From assembly GCA_964036045.1 (NCBI GenBank), contig OZ038378.1:70804001-70868000 (forward strand): 64,000 bases of DNA. Direction: 5' to 3'. The translations under genes were made by a program, and so were the position numbers. Origin of the DNA: Eutreptiella sp. 'Long Island Sound 2002' (lineage: Eukaryota; Protista; Euglenida). Under the pieces are notes generated by a model. The model was not told where the DNA came from. It did no database searches and saw only the letters and a list, made by a program, of their open reading frames with translations. Below are positions 12,901 to 26,199 of this stretch, piece after piece; position 1 is the first letter of the stretch, and every line of letters starts with the position of its first letter.

Positions 12901-14099
12901 TCAATTTGGGCGATGTCCCGCTCAGTAGCCCCAAAAACCGAGATTCTGCGACGCCTAGCAGGTGCGTGTCTCATATAGCGATGGAGATGTTGTCACTTGC
13001 ACCCCAAAATGCCAACGTAGTATCCCACCATGCTCTTGTGAGATGGAATAGGGAACATCTCGTCTATCTGGTCAAAGATCACCTCGCTAGTCAAAATCAC
13101 CCCTCGGACGGTCGTGGGTGGCTATATTATCCTTGTCCGCCACCATTGATGGTTGGAGGACCCGCCGATCCCCAGTATCCTTGGGGTGGTCTGGGAGCAC
13201 TGGGTGCAAAGGCATTACAAGCTCAGCATCGCGGATCTCGAAGAACGAGTGGTTTTGCCCCAGGGGCGCATACCCCGGCCCCTCCAACCCACGCGCCCTT
13301 GTCGTCGCGTACACAATGCCCATTTTTGGGGGGGCGGCACAAACCTCATTGTTAGTAGTGTTCAAAGCTCGCACCGGCGGTGGAGAACACGGAGCCTCAA
13401 GGTTTGCAAGTGTGTGTCACTTGGTGATGCAGGGTGCTGTATTGTAGCAGCGCTTGGGGCACTTGGAGAAGGAGTCGGAGACACGGCCGTGGGAGGATTG
13501 GACGCCCAGCTTCAACGACACACTCCCTTCCGCTCCCTACCGCTACCGCCCCAAACCCCATTCCAATGCCTCTTCAACACCCCCTTCAGTGTGTCGCGCA
13601 CCCCAAGGCCGTGGTCCCTTTGCTCTTCTTCTTGTTGGCGTTCATAATGGACATGTTGTCCTCCAAGCCCTTGAACACGCTGCCGGCGCCGAGGCACCTA
13701 GCATGACTATCATGGCGAATACGTGCGAGTTGTGCCGCGTGGTAAGAAGTAGACAAATGTTCACTTCCCCCGGGGGCTCCTCGCTGAGGATGGACTGGGC
13801 GACGGACAACATGGCTCTCGTGGTGCCGGCCCGCTAATCCTTGTGAAGTAGGTATGTGACCCCATTCTTAAGTTTTCGCATCCACGCTCCGGTACACCCC
13901 ATGACCATCAATCACTTTACAACGACGCCAAAAGAAAAACAACAAGGTTTGCGCCTGCCGTGAACACCTATTTCAATTACCGGGTATGGGGTTTTGGCAA
14001 GAAATTTCCGGTGGCACTTCCCGAGACACACCCCATAAGGGTCCTAGGCCAAGTTTTCGATTTTGAGGATCATTTGACCCTAAAATCAAACGAAAAGAC

Positions 14100-14860
14100 A
14101 TTTTTTCTAGTATTGTGCTAGTATTGGTCTAGCAAACGAACATTTCCGTCTAGAACAATACTAGAATTCGTTCTAGAACAATACTAGAAGATCTAGCGTA
14201 CCATAATACTCGAACAAAATGGTACAAACAAGTTTGGAAGCTAAAGCAAGCAAAAGACAAGACATGGGCACACCCTCACATATCCCGGAGGACACACACA
14301 TACAAACCCCATCTGCTATGGTGTGTTGTAGTGTGTGTTGTGGCACAAAAGAACAATTGCATGATTGCACAATGGGTTCGTGGCACAATGGCACAACGGC
14401 ACAACAACACACTGGTACAATGGCACAGTGTCACTTGTGCGAGTGTGCCATCATTTCACTCTGCTAGTGTGGCATTCTGGCACCATGCCATCATGCCGTT
14501 GTGGTAATATTCTATTGTTGCACTGTGCACAGTTGCACAATTGCAGAATGGCATAGTGCCAAAACGACACGGTGACACCATGGCACAATGGCACAATACC
14601 ACATTAGTACAAGGGCATGCTAGCACCATGGCACGGTGGTGCAATGTGAGATTTGTACAGTTGCAAAAGATTACACTGTCAAAGTTGAGGCAAAGTGGTG
14701 CATTTTGCAAATGAGATATTTTTCGTCTAGTTTTGTTCTCGCCAGCGAGCATTCTAGTATTTCTCCAGGTGCCCACAGGTCGATCCATGGCTCCAACAAT
14801 GCTAGAACGCTTTTTGGGTACAACAATACTATGACGTTAGGCTTGCAACAAAACTAGATC
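14100..14860. repeat. Segment bracketed by CTAG(AA) motif clusters with internal degenerate GGCACAAT repeats
   Basis: CTAGAACAATACTAGAA cluster 14100-14200; TTCTAGTATT/GCTAGAAC cluster 14725-14860; GGCACAATGGCACAAC repeats 14340-14640. Confidence 0.7.
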
Positions 14861-16559
14861 ACACTTGTGAAATGTGCTTGCACCCCAAACACCAACTAAA
14901 GCCACCACAAACTACAAACAAACACACACGTTTCAAGACACATCCTCACTCGCTTGCCCATTCACTGTGGAACAGGGCGCCGGGGCTTCCCCACGGCTCC
15001 CAACCAACACCTGGCATCTGCATAGTTTTGCTAGGGCTTGCCCAAAGCTCGAGCATGACAAAACCAGTGTCGCTTAGCTCTCAATCTCGCGTGATCCCCG
15101 ACCCCCGCATATTCACTGTCCCCAGCCCTGCCAATCCACTGTTCCGCCAAATAGTAGGCCTTGCCCAAGGCTTTAGGCCAATGAACGAACCACCATTATT
15201 TGGGGGGGTGTTGCCAAAGACTCCGGCCCAACGAGTCCATTGGTTTGCAAGGGATTGGGGCTTGCCCAAGGCCCCTGCCGAATCAACGCTCATCGGGGGC
15301 CCCTTGTCCCTCCTGCCGCACCAAACCAAACCACACCACACGTAATGCCATCACCAGAGACCATACCACATGACACCACACCCAACCACACAAGACCACA
15401 TAACCCCATCCAAACCAACCCCACACCACACCACACCCTATCACCCCACCCCATACTAGAGCACCCCGCACCACAGCACACCATGCGACCCCACAGCACA
15501 TCTGAAGTACAACAAGATGCTTGTATACAAGAATGCGACACGGAGACCACATGGCACATAACATACCTACAAACAAAATGGCACATGCAAAAGGGAATAC
15601 AGGGGCAAGAATGAGGCAAAGGAGGATGCGTAGGGGATTTCGGGGTGGTTGAATAATGCTCAAACGACACTAGAAAATTAACTTGTGCGTTTCACAACAT
15701 CTTATCAACGCGCCGGCACAAACAAAACAAATTCAATGCTTCCTTTGTAATGTTGTTCTAATCGAGCCTATAGCGTTTTGGGCTAGAAGTTGTATCCCAG
15801 AACGAAATTGGCCATTCTAGCATGCACCGCGGGCATGGCGGGGTGCCTTCACGTTGCAAGTTGTGAAGCACGGGGTTATGGTAGAGTGTTTGGGACACCA
15901 GTCAAACGATGGCTATCCATGTCAATATCCAATGGGTCGGTTCACGTGTGGGAATAACACATATCAAAACTAACTTTGGGACTGCGAAAAGTGCCACCAA
16001 ATTGCTCCTTCAGTTTTGATGGGGCAGATGATTGCGGGACATACGGGCAAGCCTAAGGCCACAACAAACGGGCAACAATCATGGTACAACCGTTTTAGAC
16101 TCCTCACCTACGGATTGGATCACCACAAGACATACTTGAAAAGATAGTGCTCCCTACACTAATAGTACCAACAAGACGCATGAGAGCAGTTGGGATGAAT
16201 TGCCATCTAGTGCCGGACGTAAAGTTATGCTCAAGTTGTGAAGGGGCCGCGGGGGGTGAATCGTAGCCCTAGTTGGAGTAGAGGCAAAGTGCTATCTTGC
16301 TGCCGAATAAGGGGGATAAGCTCCATGTACCCAGCTGATGCAACATTCGATCTCTCAACGTCCAAACTCAAGCAAATGTGAAGCATAGCTTATTACAAAC
16401 CGTATGGCCTATGTTAGCAAGGCTACATTCGTCTTTGAATGTTGGTTGCTTGACGACTCCTATAACTCTTTCCCAAAGACACCTGTTGTGTTTTTTTGTT
16501 GTTCACAAAGAGGCAAATGTAAAGTTTGAAGGTTTTTTTCGGCCACCCTGCATGAACTA

Positions 16560-17000
16560 ATATTGGTGAAACGATGACTGAAAACAACCTTTGCACCGTT
16601 TGTTTGAGCACCCCAATTTCTCTCAATGTCTCTCAAAACAATTTTACAAAAAGTCATGTTCCAGCTATTAAGACCCATTGGTGACCCAAAGAAATCTACC
16701 CTAGCAAGTGTTCCGCACCACTCGGTGGTGCCAAAAAGGAAATACAGGGCAAACACAATTAATGGAAGCATGCATGTGTCCCCCTTCATTTTTAGTTGTC
16801 ACCAAGACCCAATGTATGGCAGCCAAACATAGCACAAGAAGGTGGCCTTTGAAAATTTGTTCCACACACGTGCTTTTCAATGCTCAATTGCTGCGTAAAT
16901 TTGGCACAACTGTTGGTCTTTGCACACACTACTCGAGTAAAGAATACCAAGGCGATGGCTTTGTTTGCCCGCACAATGTGCCGGGTACCAAATTAAAGTG
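16560..17000 (+). pseudogene. Partial helicase relic, copy B (C-half)
   Basis: LRPIGDPKK (~16677), KYRANTI, GFVCPHN (~16955). Confidence 0.35.
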
Positions 17001-17099
17001 TTGTTTGGTGGGGTGGTGCAACGGTGGGTGGACCTCGACGGACATAGGCACGGTGTTCCTTTGTTGCAATGTAAGGGGAAGGCGTTTATACTAGTGCCA

Positions 17100-18450
17100 C
17101 TCAGCCAGGTGACAGTCATGGCTGGGAAAACCCTGACAAAAGTCCTTCTAATGCCTCACCCGGCAATGTGCATGTGTCAGAGGGCAGCGGCGGACATGAG
17201 CCGACTCTTGGCATCGGGCTCTCAAGGGCCCAACGTTTGCGCCCATTCTGGCAAAAACACATCACGCCGTTACAGAATTTTGACGAGCAGCATTTGCTAG
17301 ATTCCGGAGTGCTAGGTCCCACATCAGCGCCCGGCAACTTAGGAGGCTCCTACGTCATAAGAGGTCCAGCAGGCAAGATCATCCCCATTCGCCTCGTGCA
17401 GGGCAGTGATAAAAATGCATGTGCCGTTATTTTGTTGCATCAACTACCCCCACAACCTCTCGAGCATGAAATGGTCGCACGAGATAAATGTCGCAGTTCT
17501 AGCTAAACCACGGTAAATCTTCGCTGATATACAAAAATAAGAGAAAGTTGGTCTTGATATTAGCTAAACTTCCAATTTTCCGTTGATTGAGCCATCAGTC
17601 ACACGAAATTGCCGCATTTGAAAACAACTGCTTAATGTGCCTTTGACGGACGCCTCTCAGTAGTGACGTGGTTGCCGTAACAATTGCGCAGTCATATACC
17701 TGCCGGAATTTTGCGGCATGTCTCCGCCGTGTCTCCAGCTACAACATGGTTGTCCGAGGGCGCTGAGGACCTCCCAAAAATAGTTGCAACGGCCTAGATA
17801 CGCTTTCGCTTTCCTTGCCGTTAAAATGGACAGGTGCAAAATGTTATGGATTACCGACTTCTTCGAACAGATCTCAGAACAATATCACGCGATGCTTGTA
17901 GTGCTGTATCAATAGGTGTGCCACGAACACTGCCATGGTATGAGGATGAACTGCACGGATTCAGCGGTATTCCATGTCTTATCTCAACAAGCGTGTTACA
18001 ATGAAAAGAGTGATGGAACACCACGGCCCAATGAAGCGTTGCTTTGGTTGAAAGAACTAGAAACGGACACGCGGCGAAGTTTGAAAGGCAATCAACGTTT
18101 CGAGTTGCACCTTATTTACCCGCAATTTACCCATGGGTTATACCGACAGTCAAAAGCCAAGTACTACCGTTGCCTAAATGTGTAGCTCGGTTTCTCGCAA
18201 ACAACATAACAGTACGGAAACATCGATGCGGATCACAGTTAGTAGTTGTGAAAAAGATGCCATGGTCCCCTCTACTGTTCCCCCAATGATCCTTCTGGAC
18301 TCTAATGGTGAAGCTGTGCATCAGCTTGAAACCAAGTTCCCTATGGTCAATCATTATTGCCGAACGCCGGCGGCTGATGATAAAGGGACACGATGTATTA
18401 CAATAGATGGAGCTAAGATAAGATTGTGGTCTGAGAGGACCTAGAACTAT
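17100..18450 (+). pseudogene. Decayed UPF1-like helicase, copy C
   Basis: MAGKTLT (17118), VCAHSGKN (17235), EDEL (17945), TDTRRSL (~18064), frameshifted YR..PKCVARFLANN (~18160-18205). Confidence 0.5.
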
Positions 18451-18566
18451 GGTCAAGAATGCAGGAGCCAGAAGGAGTTCACGTTGCTCACCAACGCAGC
18501 AACTTACCGGCCTAGGTTGAGGTTCCGGCGAGGGTACCCGCTGAAGCCTCATACGACGCAGAGAAA

Positions 18567-19127
18567 GTGTCTTCGGCCTTGGAATTCATCCAGCGAGAAC
18601 CTCCTGTGACAAGAGTAAAGGCAGTACCGGAGAACCATGATTTAGAGACGAGGAGCATTGGTGGTAGGGTCATAGAATTCAATGCTGCAGCTCCTCAAAA
18701 TGTACAGTCTTCTACACTCACCACCTCCTCCAACACTGAGTTTGAACACACCCCGTCTCTCAGGGGGTTGCAGAATGAAAGTCAGTTGCGGAACGACCCG
18801 CAAACGTCCATTGATGAGCGTGCTGATACCCTTGTCTCCAACCATGAAGGCATCTTTGTCTTCCGCCAGCCTGCTGTTGATCCATGTAGCATATCGTCAA
18901 GCTTCGGTTTTGAATTGGCACGTGCCCCACAAGAATCTCCGATTCTACCCTGGACACCAGCATCAACACTGTCACCACCACTAACACCAACAATAGCATT
19001 AGTCTTGGCACCAACACGAACACCACCCAAAGAACCAGCACCAGCACTGGCTTCAGCACCAACACCGGCACAAGCAACAACACCACCCTTGGTACACACT
19101 AGAAGATCCGTTCTCGTTCTAGCCTAG
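18567..19127 (+). CDS. 186-aa ORF of unknown function with a P/A/T-rich tail
   Basis: Open frame directly downstream of helicase copy C; no recognisable domain. Confidence 0.25.
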   Translation: MSSALEFIQREPPVTRVKAVPENHDLETRSIGGRVIEFNAAAPQNVQSSTLTTSSNTEFEHTPSLRGLQNESQLRNDPQTSIDERADTLVSNHEGIFVFRQPAVDPCSISSSFGFELARAPQESPILPWTPASTLSPPLTPTIALVLAPTRTPPKEPAPALASAPTPAQATTPPLVHTRRSVLVLA

Positions 19128-19289
19128 ACGCCGCTAGAGTGGCTAGAAAAAAAAGAGGGGGTTACCTCCTCCCTATGGAGGTGGGGGGAGGTTTGGGGGT
19201 TTCAACATGGACCCCCCCATCTGTACTCGGGGGCCCATGCTTCGTTTTTCATAATTTCGGTGTTTTCACCTGATTTCGGAGTGTAGAAA

Positions 19290-21300
19290 TGTTTCGTTCT
19301 AGCGACGCTCGCTACAACGTCGCTAGAACGTCGCTAGAACGTTCTCGCCTAGAACACAACTAGAACAAAAACATTCATGTATGTGTCGCAAATAAGGCAC
19401 ACCAAAGTGGGGTGGGGTGGAGGGGTAATACACATACACTCATAAAAACCACCACACTTGACACATGTATAGTCATATGTGCCCCCCCCCCCAACACACA
19501 CTTTGGCATAGGCATGTGCACAGCACAACACACAGCACACGATGTCACGGGGGGGGGGCAAGAGGTCGAACACAAGCACCGCACAAACACCCCGTGAGTG
19601 TCGAGCTGTCAACCCCCCCCCCCCCCCACCCCCTTCTTTCCATGTTGTGGTCTTGGTTGTGGGGCCCGTGCTTGTTTTGCCTAAGGTTAGGGAGGGCATC
19701 CATTTCCTCTTTGCAGGTGTGCTAGTTTTTTTGATTGGGGTGAAGAAGTGGGTACACAGTGACACCAAGAGGTAGGTGTGTTACTCCCTCCCTCCTCCTT
19801 GCAATGTGTCTGTGGTATGTGGTTGCCCAGTGTACCGCTGTAGCGTCAGGAGCTGTGCTGTGTTGGTCTGTGGTATGCTTTATCCCCCGTCCTCCCAGGT
19901 TATACAGCCCCCCCCCCCCTGTATGCACTGGTACTTGGCTTGTTGGTCGGTTGGCTGTTGGTTGTCGGCTTAGTTGGTTGGTCGTTGGGTTCCTTGGTTG
20001 GTTTTTGGTGGATGACCCGGTTTCTTGGACAGCTAAGTTTGGATGGTTGGTTGGTTGGTTGGTTGGTTGCATGGTTCGTTGTTTGTTGGCTGGTTGCTGG
20101 GGTGTGTGCGCAGGTGCTATAGCATCGTAGATGGTGTTGGGTGGGGTGTATGTGTGTGTGCTGCCGGACCCGCGCTGTGTGGTGTTGTTGCATAGTGTGG
20201 CTGTGTGTAAGCATGCCTGTGCAGGCATTGCAAGGGTCTTTGGGGGGTCGTGCACATTTCATTTTGGCGTTCTAGCGGCATTCTAGCGAGGTGTTCTAGC
20301 GGCGTTCTACCGGCGTTCTAGCAGCGCCCCTTCACTCACTAGAACGCCACTAGAACACCTCGCTAGAACGCCGCTAGAGCGCCGAAATGAAATGTGCACA
20401 ACCCCTGCAAAGACCCTTGCAATAGCTGCACAGGCATGCTTATACACAGACACACTGTGCAACAACACCACACAGCATGTGTCCAGGCAATACACACACA
20501 TACACCCTAGCAACTAGCCAACAACCAACCAACCAACCAGCCACACTCAACTGTGCCAGAAGCAATCAACCAACAACCCACTAACGCAACAACCAACCAA
20601 GCAACCCGAAAACCAACAGCCAACCAACCAACAAGCCAGGTACCAGTGCACACGGGTGGAATTGCAAAACCTCGGAGGACGGGGACAAAGCATCCCACTG
20701 ACCCGCACAGCACAGTGCATAACCCAGCTAGGGGGGGGGTGGGAGCAAGGGAGGAGGGATGGTGGGAAGGGGGGACCTGTACACTAGGCAAGGAGGAGGG
20801 AAGGAGTACCACACCCACCTCTTGGTGTCACTGTGTACCCACTTCTTCAACCCAATCACAAAAACCAGCACACCTACAACGAGGAAATGGATACCCTCCC
20901 TCACCTTAGGCACGACAAGCAGGGGCCTCGCAACCCAGGCCACAACAATGAAAGGGGGCGGGGCTGATAGCTCGACACTGACGGGGTGTTTGTGCAGTGC
21001 TTGTCTTTGACCTCTTAACCCACCCTCTCCACCCTTTACATTGCATGTTGTGTGTTGTGTTGTGCATATGCTTTTGCAAAACTGTGTGTATGCTGGCGGG
21101 ACGGGGGGAATATGTGTATGCATGTGTCAAGTGTGTTGGTTGCTATGAGTTTGTGTGTCATGCACCCCCCAATCCAGCGTGATAATTTGTTTTTTTATGT
21201 TCTACCTAGTCTACCACTTCAGGCAGGCTAGAACAATTTGTGTTGTAGGCTACAACCATTCTAGGCTACAACATCTAGTCTAGGTGTTCTAGGCTAGAAT
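19290..21300. repeat. ~2 kb imperfect palindrome (foldback) centred near 20330, with CTAGAAC clusters at both outer ends and the centre
   Basis: e.g. TGAAGAAGTGGGTACACAGTGACACCAAGAGG (19741) vs CCTCTTGGTGTCACTGTGTACCCACTTCTTCA (~20818); GTGCACATTTCAT (20250) vs ATGAAATGTGCAC (20387). Confidence 0.9.
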
Positions 21301-21639
21301 AATATTGGGTGTTCAAGGGTGTACCTAGCGCAGCACCCGAATTGGCACCTCCAACAGGGCAGACTCTCGTTCTGGTACGGTGAGCACCGACACCGCCGCC
21401 AATGCAAATATTGGCAGTGATATTTCCGTATTGCAGCCCGTTCATCATTCATAGCCGGCAGCATCCACGGTAGGCTCCTCCTCTTCAACCGACAGCCCTA
21501 CGATGACACTCCACCGCGATCATAGGCTCATTCCAAGGAGGCCTGAACCAGAGCTAACCGGTGACCAGCATGCAGTACCGAACCCCGTCCCCACCTCCCC
21601 CACCACCCCCACTACCCCCCCCCCCCCTCCCAAGCTGTA

Positions 21640-22158
21640 ATGAAACACCTCGATAGTGAGAGCAGACCCGAAAATTGCGAAGCAAACATTGGACAATACT
21701 TGCACCTTGAGCAAGCGAAAAGAATACATATTTTAGCAGATGGGAACATTGAGATCAAAATGATTACACAGCGAGTAGAGAAATTTCGGCCTAGAAGAAC
21801 ACGCATAGCACATGAATTCCGACGGTTTCGGTTTTTGGCTATTGAAATGAACACAAGGAAATCACTGTCCCAGAGGTGGTTGTGCCAACAAATGTGTCGG
21901 TACCCAAAGTTTCGTGACACCCTACCGGTCATCCGCACATGATAGGAGCTAGCCCGAGCGGAAATGTGCCAGCGAGATGCAATCGTTTGTGAACAAAGAG
22001 AGGAACAGACCAAAATGTTCAGGAAGGAGTGTCTCGGTGGTTCTTTTGTCCAATCTGCTACATCTACCATCACTAGAGTCCACAGAGAAATGAGTACTAA
22101 ACTCCAATTGTTGTTGGGGGAAGCAAACATCCACCGAATGGGAGGAACTGGTAATTAA
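21640..22158 (+). pseudogene. Unknown coding relic (two ORFs in one frame separated by TGA TAG)
   Basis: ORFs 21640-21942 and 21964-22158 share a frame; no family recognised. Confidence 0.3.
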
Positions 22159-22258
22159 TGAATTCATCTAGCGCCAAACATTGTGTCTATCAGAACATGC
22201 AACAAGGTGGGGTGATTGGATGCAGTATAGACATAATTTTGAACGCCGAAAGGCGATT

Positions 22259-22890
22259 GGGTCCAAGTAACGAGGTCCCGGCCCAAGGGCAGTAGACCTT
22301 GGTCCCAGCCACTCGGTTGGTAGACCAAGGTCCTGGCCTCTTGGCTGGTAGACCAGTACTTGCGCACCATTCCTTCATGGGCAGTCTTCCCCATTGAGAG
22401 CATGGGTCTTTTTTCTTACTTCCCAGAGTGCAGTTTTGCTATCCAAAAGGGATCTTCCATGTGTGCGAATGAGCCAGCCTCCTATCTAGTAGGGTCCCCA
22501 CCCTCAAACCAACCTCCATCTCATGCCATGCAGTGTATGGTGTAGCGTCTTCCCTGAGTGAAGTATCTCATGTATCTCATGTTCTTCTTCTTTACTAATC
22601 CGTTGCTAGAGCCCCCAAAAGACATCTAGAAACCCAGAGTTGGTACCTCACACGCCCAATACGTTGGGGTCCAAGTAATTAGGTCCCAGCCACTAGGTTG
22701 GATAACCAAGGTCCCCGCCACATGGCAGGTAGACCTTGGTCCCGGCCAATGGTTGGTAGACCGCATACTTGTAGACGTAGTCGCTTTTGCGCAGCCCCCC
22801 ATGAGAGCCTGTTTTCTTTGTACTTCCTAGAGTGAAGTAGTTTGCGATGCTCTACTACAATGCCCTTCTCCATGTATGTGAGATACACCT
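22259..22890 (+). repeat. Two diverged direct copies (~22259 and ~22666) of a GGTAGACC/GGTCCCAGCC-rich unit
   Basis: GGGTCCAAGTAA...GGTAGACCTTGGTCCC...GGTAGACC repeated about 407 bp apart. Confidence 0.8.
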
Positions 22891-24659
22891 TTTCAACGAT
22901 TGGTGCCTTCTTCCGCTTGTCCCATTCAGACGGGGGGAAAGGTGAGAGGGTATGCGGTTTTGTGCCTTGTTGTCGATTTTAGATCAGAACAAGCTTCTCT
23001 AAGGTCTAATTGAGATGATACCTGTTATGTCCCTTGCCAAACCTAATCACACGTTAATTTCGGGGATGTTCTGTTCGTTGGTTCAATGTCGAGTTATCGT
23101 TTATTGGGTATCCATTATGCCCCCAGACCCACCTGTTGTTTATGGCCCCCACCATCATGTACATATGAATCCGATTTGTGGAGTGGGACATTGTAGCCCG
23201 AGCTTTGGGTAGATGGGGTGAGTGGCGATGGAGGGTAGCCAGTGTACATAGATCATTCTTGACCTTGGGATGGTTGCATTGTGTACATAGGGCTAACCCT
23301 GCCGGACTTCGGCTCTCCATGAACGTTGAGATACCCATGGTCAGGCCGATATGGTGTGATTGCCTTCTTCCTAAAAAAAACCTCTCCAACATGAAATTGT
23401 GCAATACCTATGTGCACGTAACTTCCCTACTTACCTACTAAAAGGACCGATGCCTCCAATTATGGTTAATATCGCCCAACCGCCGGAAATGGTCATGACT
23501 ACGTTGCTCATGTACCTAAAGGGACTCGATGTGTGCACAAAGCGTTCATCTACCGGTTGCAAGGGGCGCGGCGGGGATCGCGTGCCCTCGCATGCTCTTC
23601 TCCCCTCCCATTGTCACACTGTATCGCATGCAATGGCAAGGTGCCGTGCGAACTATTCCGGCTCACTGCAAGATTTCGTTGTAGGAAGGCTACTTCTAGA
23701 AGATCAATCGCTGCGTCAACTCAACTAGCTGGTGCATCCTCGCTATTGGTTCGCCAAGCGCAGTTCCTAAATGAAGATTCCAAGAGACGTGGTAGCAACC
23801 AGGCAAGGGAACCGTGCGATAGAGACATCCGCACCAAAAACCATAGGCCGCCTACCATGCATAAAGTGGGCGAGAAAAGGGAGGGAATCCGACGGCATGC
23901 AGAACAATAACACACCCCTTCGAATAGGGTGGACATGAACAGCAAACCCGTGAGGCTACACTACTATTGCCTCGAGCTACTCACAGGTGGGCTGCCGGTA
24001 ACCGAGTGCAAAAACATGACCCCGATGCCGTGCGACAGGGCACAATAGCTGGGCCACCCGCAGTGGGACCCGCTGCAAGTAGCCATTCCACGCATTTTTT
24101 CAGCCCAAAATCTTGCCGCCCACTAGGGTTTTTTCCTCCAAGTCGCCTGGTGATTTTCTTGAGCTGTGACAGTTGCCACCTCACTACGGGGTCAAATTTT
24201 GCCTCCCGCGAGATATTTTTTCCTCCCCCCCCCCCCTCGTGTGCTCTCCATCGCCTCGTCGTTCCCACTTCCTTGAACTCCCCATTGTTCCTACGTGGTC
24301 GAAATTGCCGAGAAGTGTCAGTGAGCTAGAATTGGGTTCCTCTTTGCTAACGTCGGTGTTACATCACTGGTTTGCTGTCAATACTTTTTTTCCTTTTTGG
24401 TTCAATCATTGGTGGCATTGGTTTGATGGAGTTGAGTTTTGCGCAGATCATTGCACACAAGTTGCTTGCTCGTGTTTCCGGCACCAAGAAAGAGTTCTTC
24501 TTCACTTGCGTTTGTCAGCTTTTGGTCACAGGACCATGGCTTGTGCATCCTCTACAGCCCCTATGGGCGACACCTCGCATCACCCCTGCTACACTATCGC
24601 TGCTAGCTGGCGGAAAAAGAACATCTTCGCGAAGAAGCCGCAGTGCCCTCGTGGCAACC

Positions 24660-25480
24660 TTCAACACATTTCATGGCCCTTGCTAGCACTGCCTTCTAAG
24701 AGGTGCATTGCAAGGGGGAGCAATACGAAGCAGGCCTTGTTCATCTGGGCAAGAGGGTGGCAGGCCCAAAAGGTTATAACTGCCCCCACTCATGCCCCAT
24801 TGTGGCTGCACCCACCAATGCATATGTGGAAAACTTGTTGCATTGTGGGCATGAAGAGTGTATCGCTAATGAGGTGTTCCGTGAGCAGGTGCTCCGGGAC
24901 CATCCGGCACCTTGGTTGTGCCTGCGGACCCAACAGGTTAATGCCACGCTAGCAATGAGGTCCTTCAAGGAGGATAAGCTGAAGTAGACCTTGTCGAGCA
25001 CACCTGACTGCCAGAGCACCCCAACATGTATTCTCAACAGCTGTCCCGTGCTGTTTCCCACTGCTGTGATGGTTGATAGCCGGCGGAGCCTACTTCTTGC
25101 CCACCCCCCTCTCCTCCCCCAAGGAAGCCACAACGCCAATTTCCCTTCTGCTTTTTTGATGAATCATCCAGGCATAACATCCCTATGTGCTTGGATTCGG
25201 CTCCCATGGAGACCTAATGCCAGTTGTGTGGTGGTTCGTTGTGACACATCCCATTTTAGGCTTTTGTAAAGGTCAACAAAGATCTGAAGCCGTTGCATGT
25301 TGCATGGCCATCACTCGAATACTTCCAAGATTGGGGCGTCCATATGTTCCAACCGCTGCAAGTGCATTTCGATGACTCCCACCGCTTTTGCACAACCGGC
25401 ACATTGCACTTGTTCCTCCAGGGCAGGCTGTGTTCTGCCTGTGTTTTGGCACAACAGTATTATGAACTGCGTACCCTAGA
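24660..25480 (+). pseudogene. Decayed UPF1-like helicase, copy D
   Basis: FHGP Walker A remnant (~24670), clear motif Ia IVAAPTNAYVENLL (24799-24840), LAQQYY (~25450). Confidence 0.55.
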
Positions 25481-26199
25481 GTCCTACGTGAAAATCAATA
25501 TCCCTAATTTTAATTTCTCACACATGAAAGGGGGTAAAAATTGAAGTGTCAAACATCAACGTTGACCATATTTTGGCTCGTTTGCACCGCTCTGCTTCTG
25601 CGCGTACTATGCCCATTCAGGGTTTTTCAGTTGGCCAAAGGGTGCACAACGGGCTGGTAGACGGGTTCCATATTCTTTGAGGTAGTTATGTAGGCGCACA
25701 TCCTTCTCCCCGGTCCCCCTACTCACACCACTCCCAACTACCCTCGTCTATTGCGTAGCTCTTGTTATGCTCTTCTCTCGGTACACCATTCTCGAAAGTA
25801 TGACATTCATGTGTTTGAGTGGGGCCAAGACTTTGCCTGACCCATTGCTCTTACAACTCTTTGGTGAGTAGGTGGCCCCATCCCCTTTGGCTAAGGCCCG
25901 ATGGTACCAGGCCACCGAGGTTGCCCAACTCCCCCTCATCTGCAACAAGCAAATAAGGCCGTGTGGCAATATGCCTCCGTCCTCTTCCCGGCACCCGAGT
26001 TGATCGGGCTACTTATGGACTAGAATGTACCCTAGTCCGGATTCCGGCATGTGTCGGAGTTCATGACCCGCTAGGGGGCCGCTTGCACCGCCGCGGTGGG
26101 CCTTGCGTTCCCCCAACGCATCCCTTCACGTGACTGCGATATATTAAATATGAACACTGAGAGATTAACACAAAGACGGAAGAGAAAGGACACGGCCGG

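Noticed and set aside
13100-13837. Possible gene in overlapping + strand ORFs
   Set aside because: Looks like decayed coding sequence but no motif could be assigned.
15283-15670. Val/Trp/Gly/Cys-rich ORFs
   Set aside because: Translation of a low-complexity CACAC/ACCAC tract.
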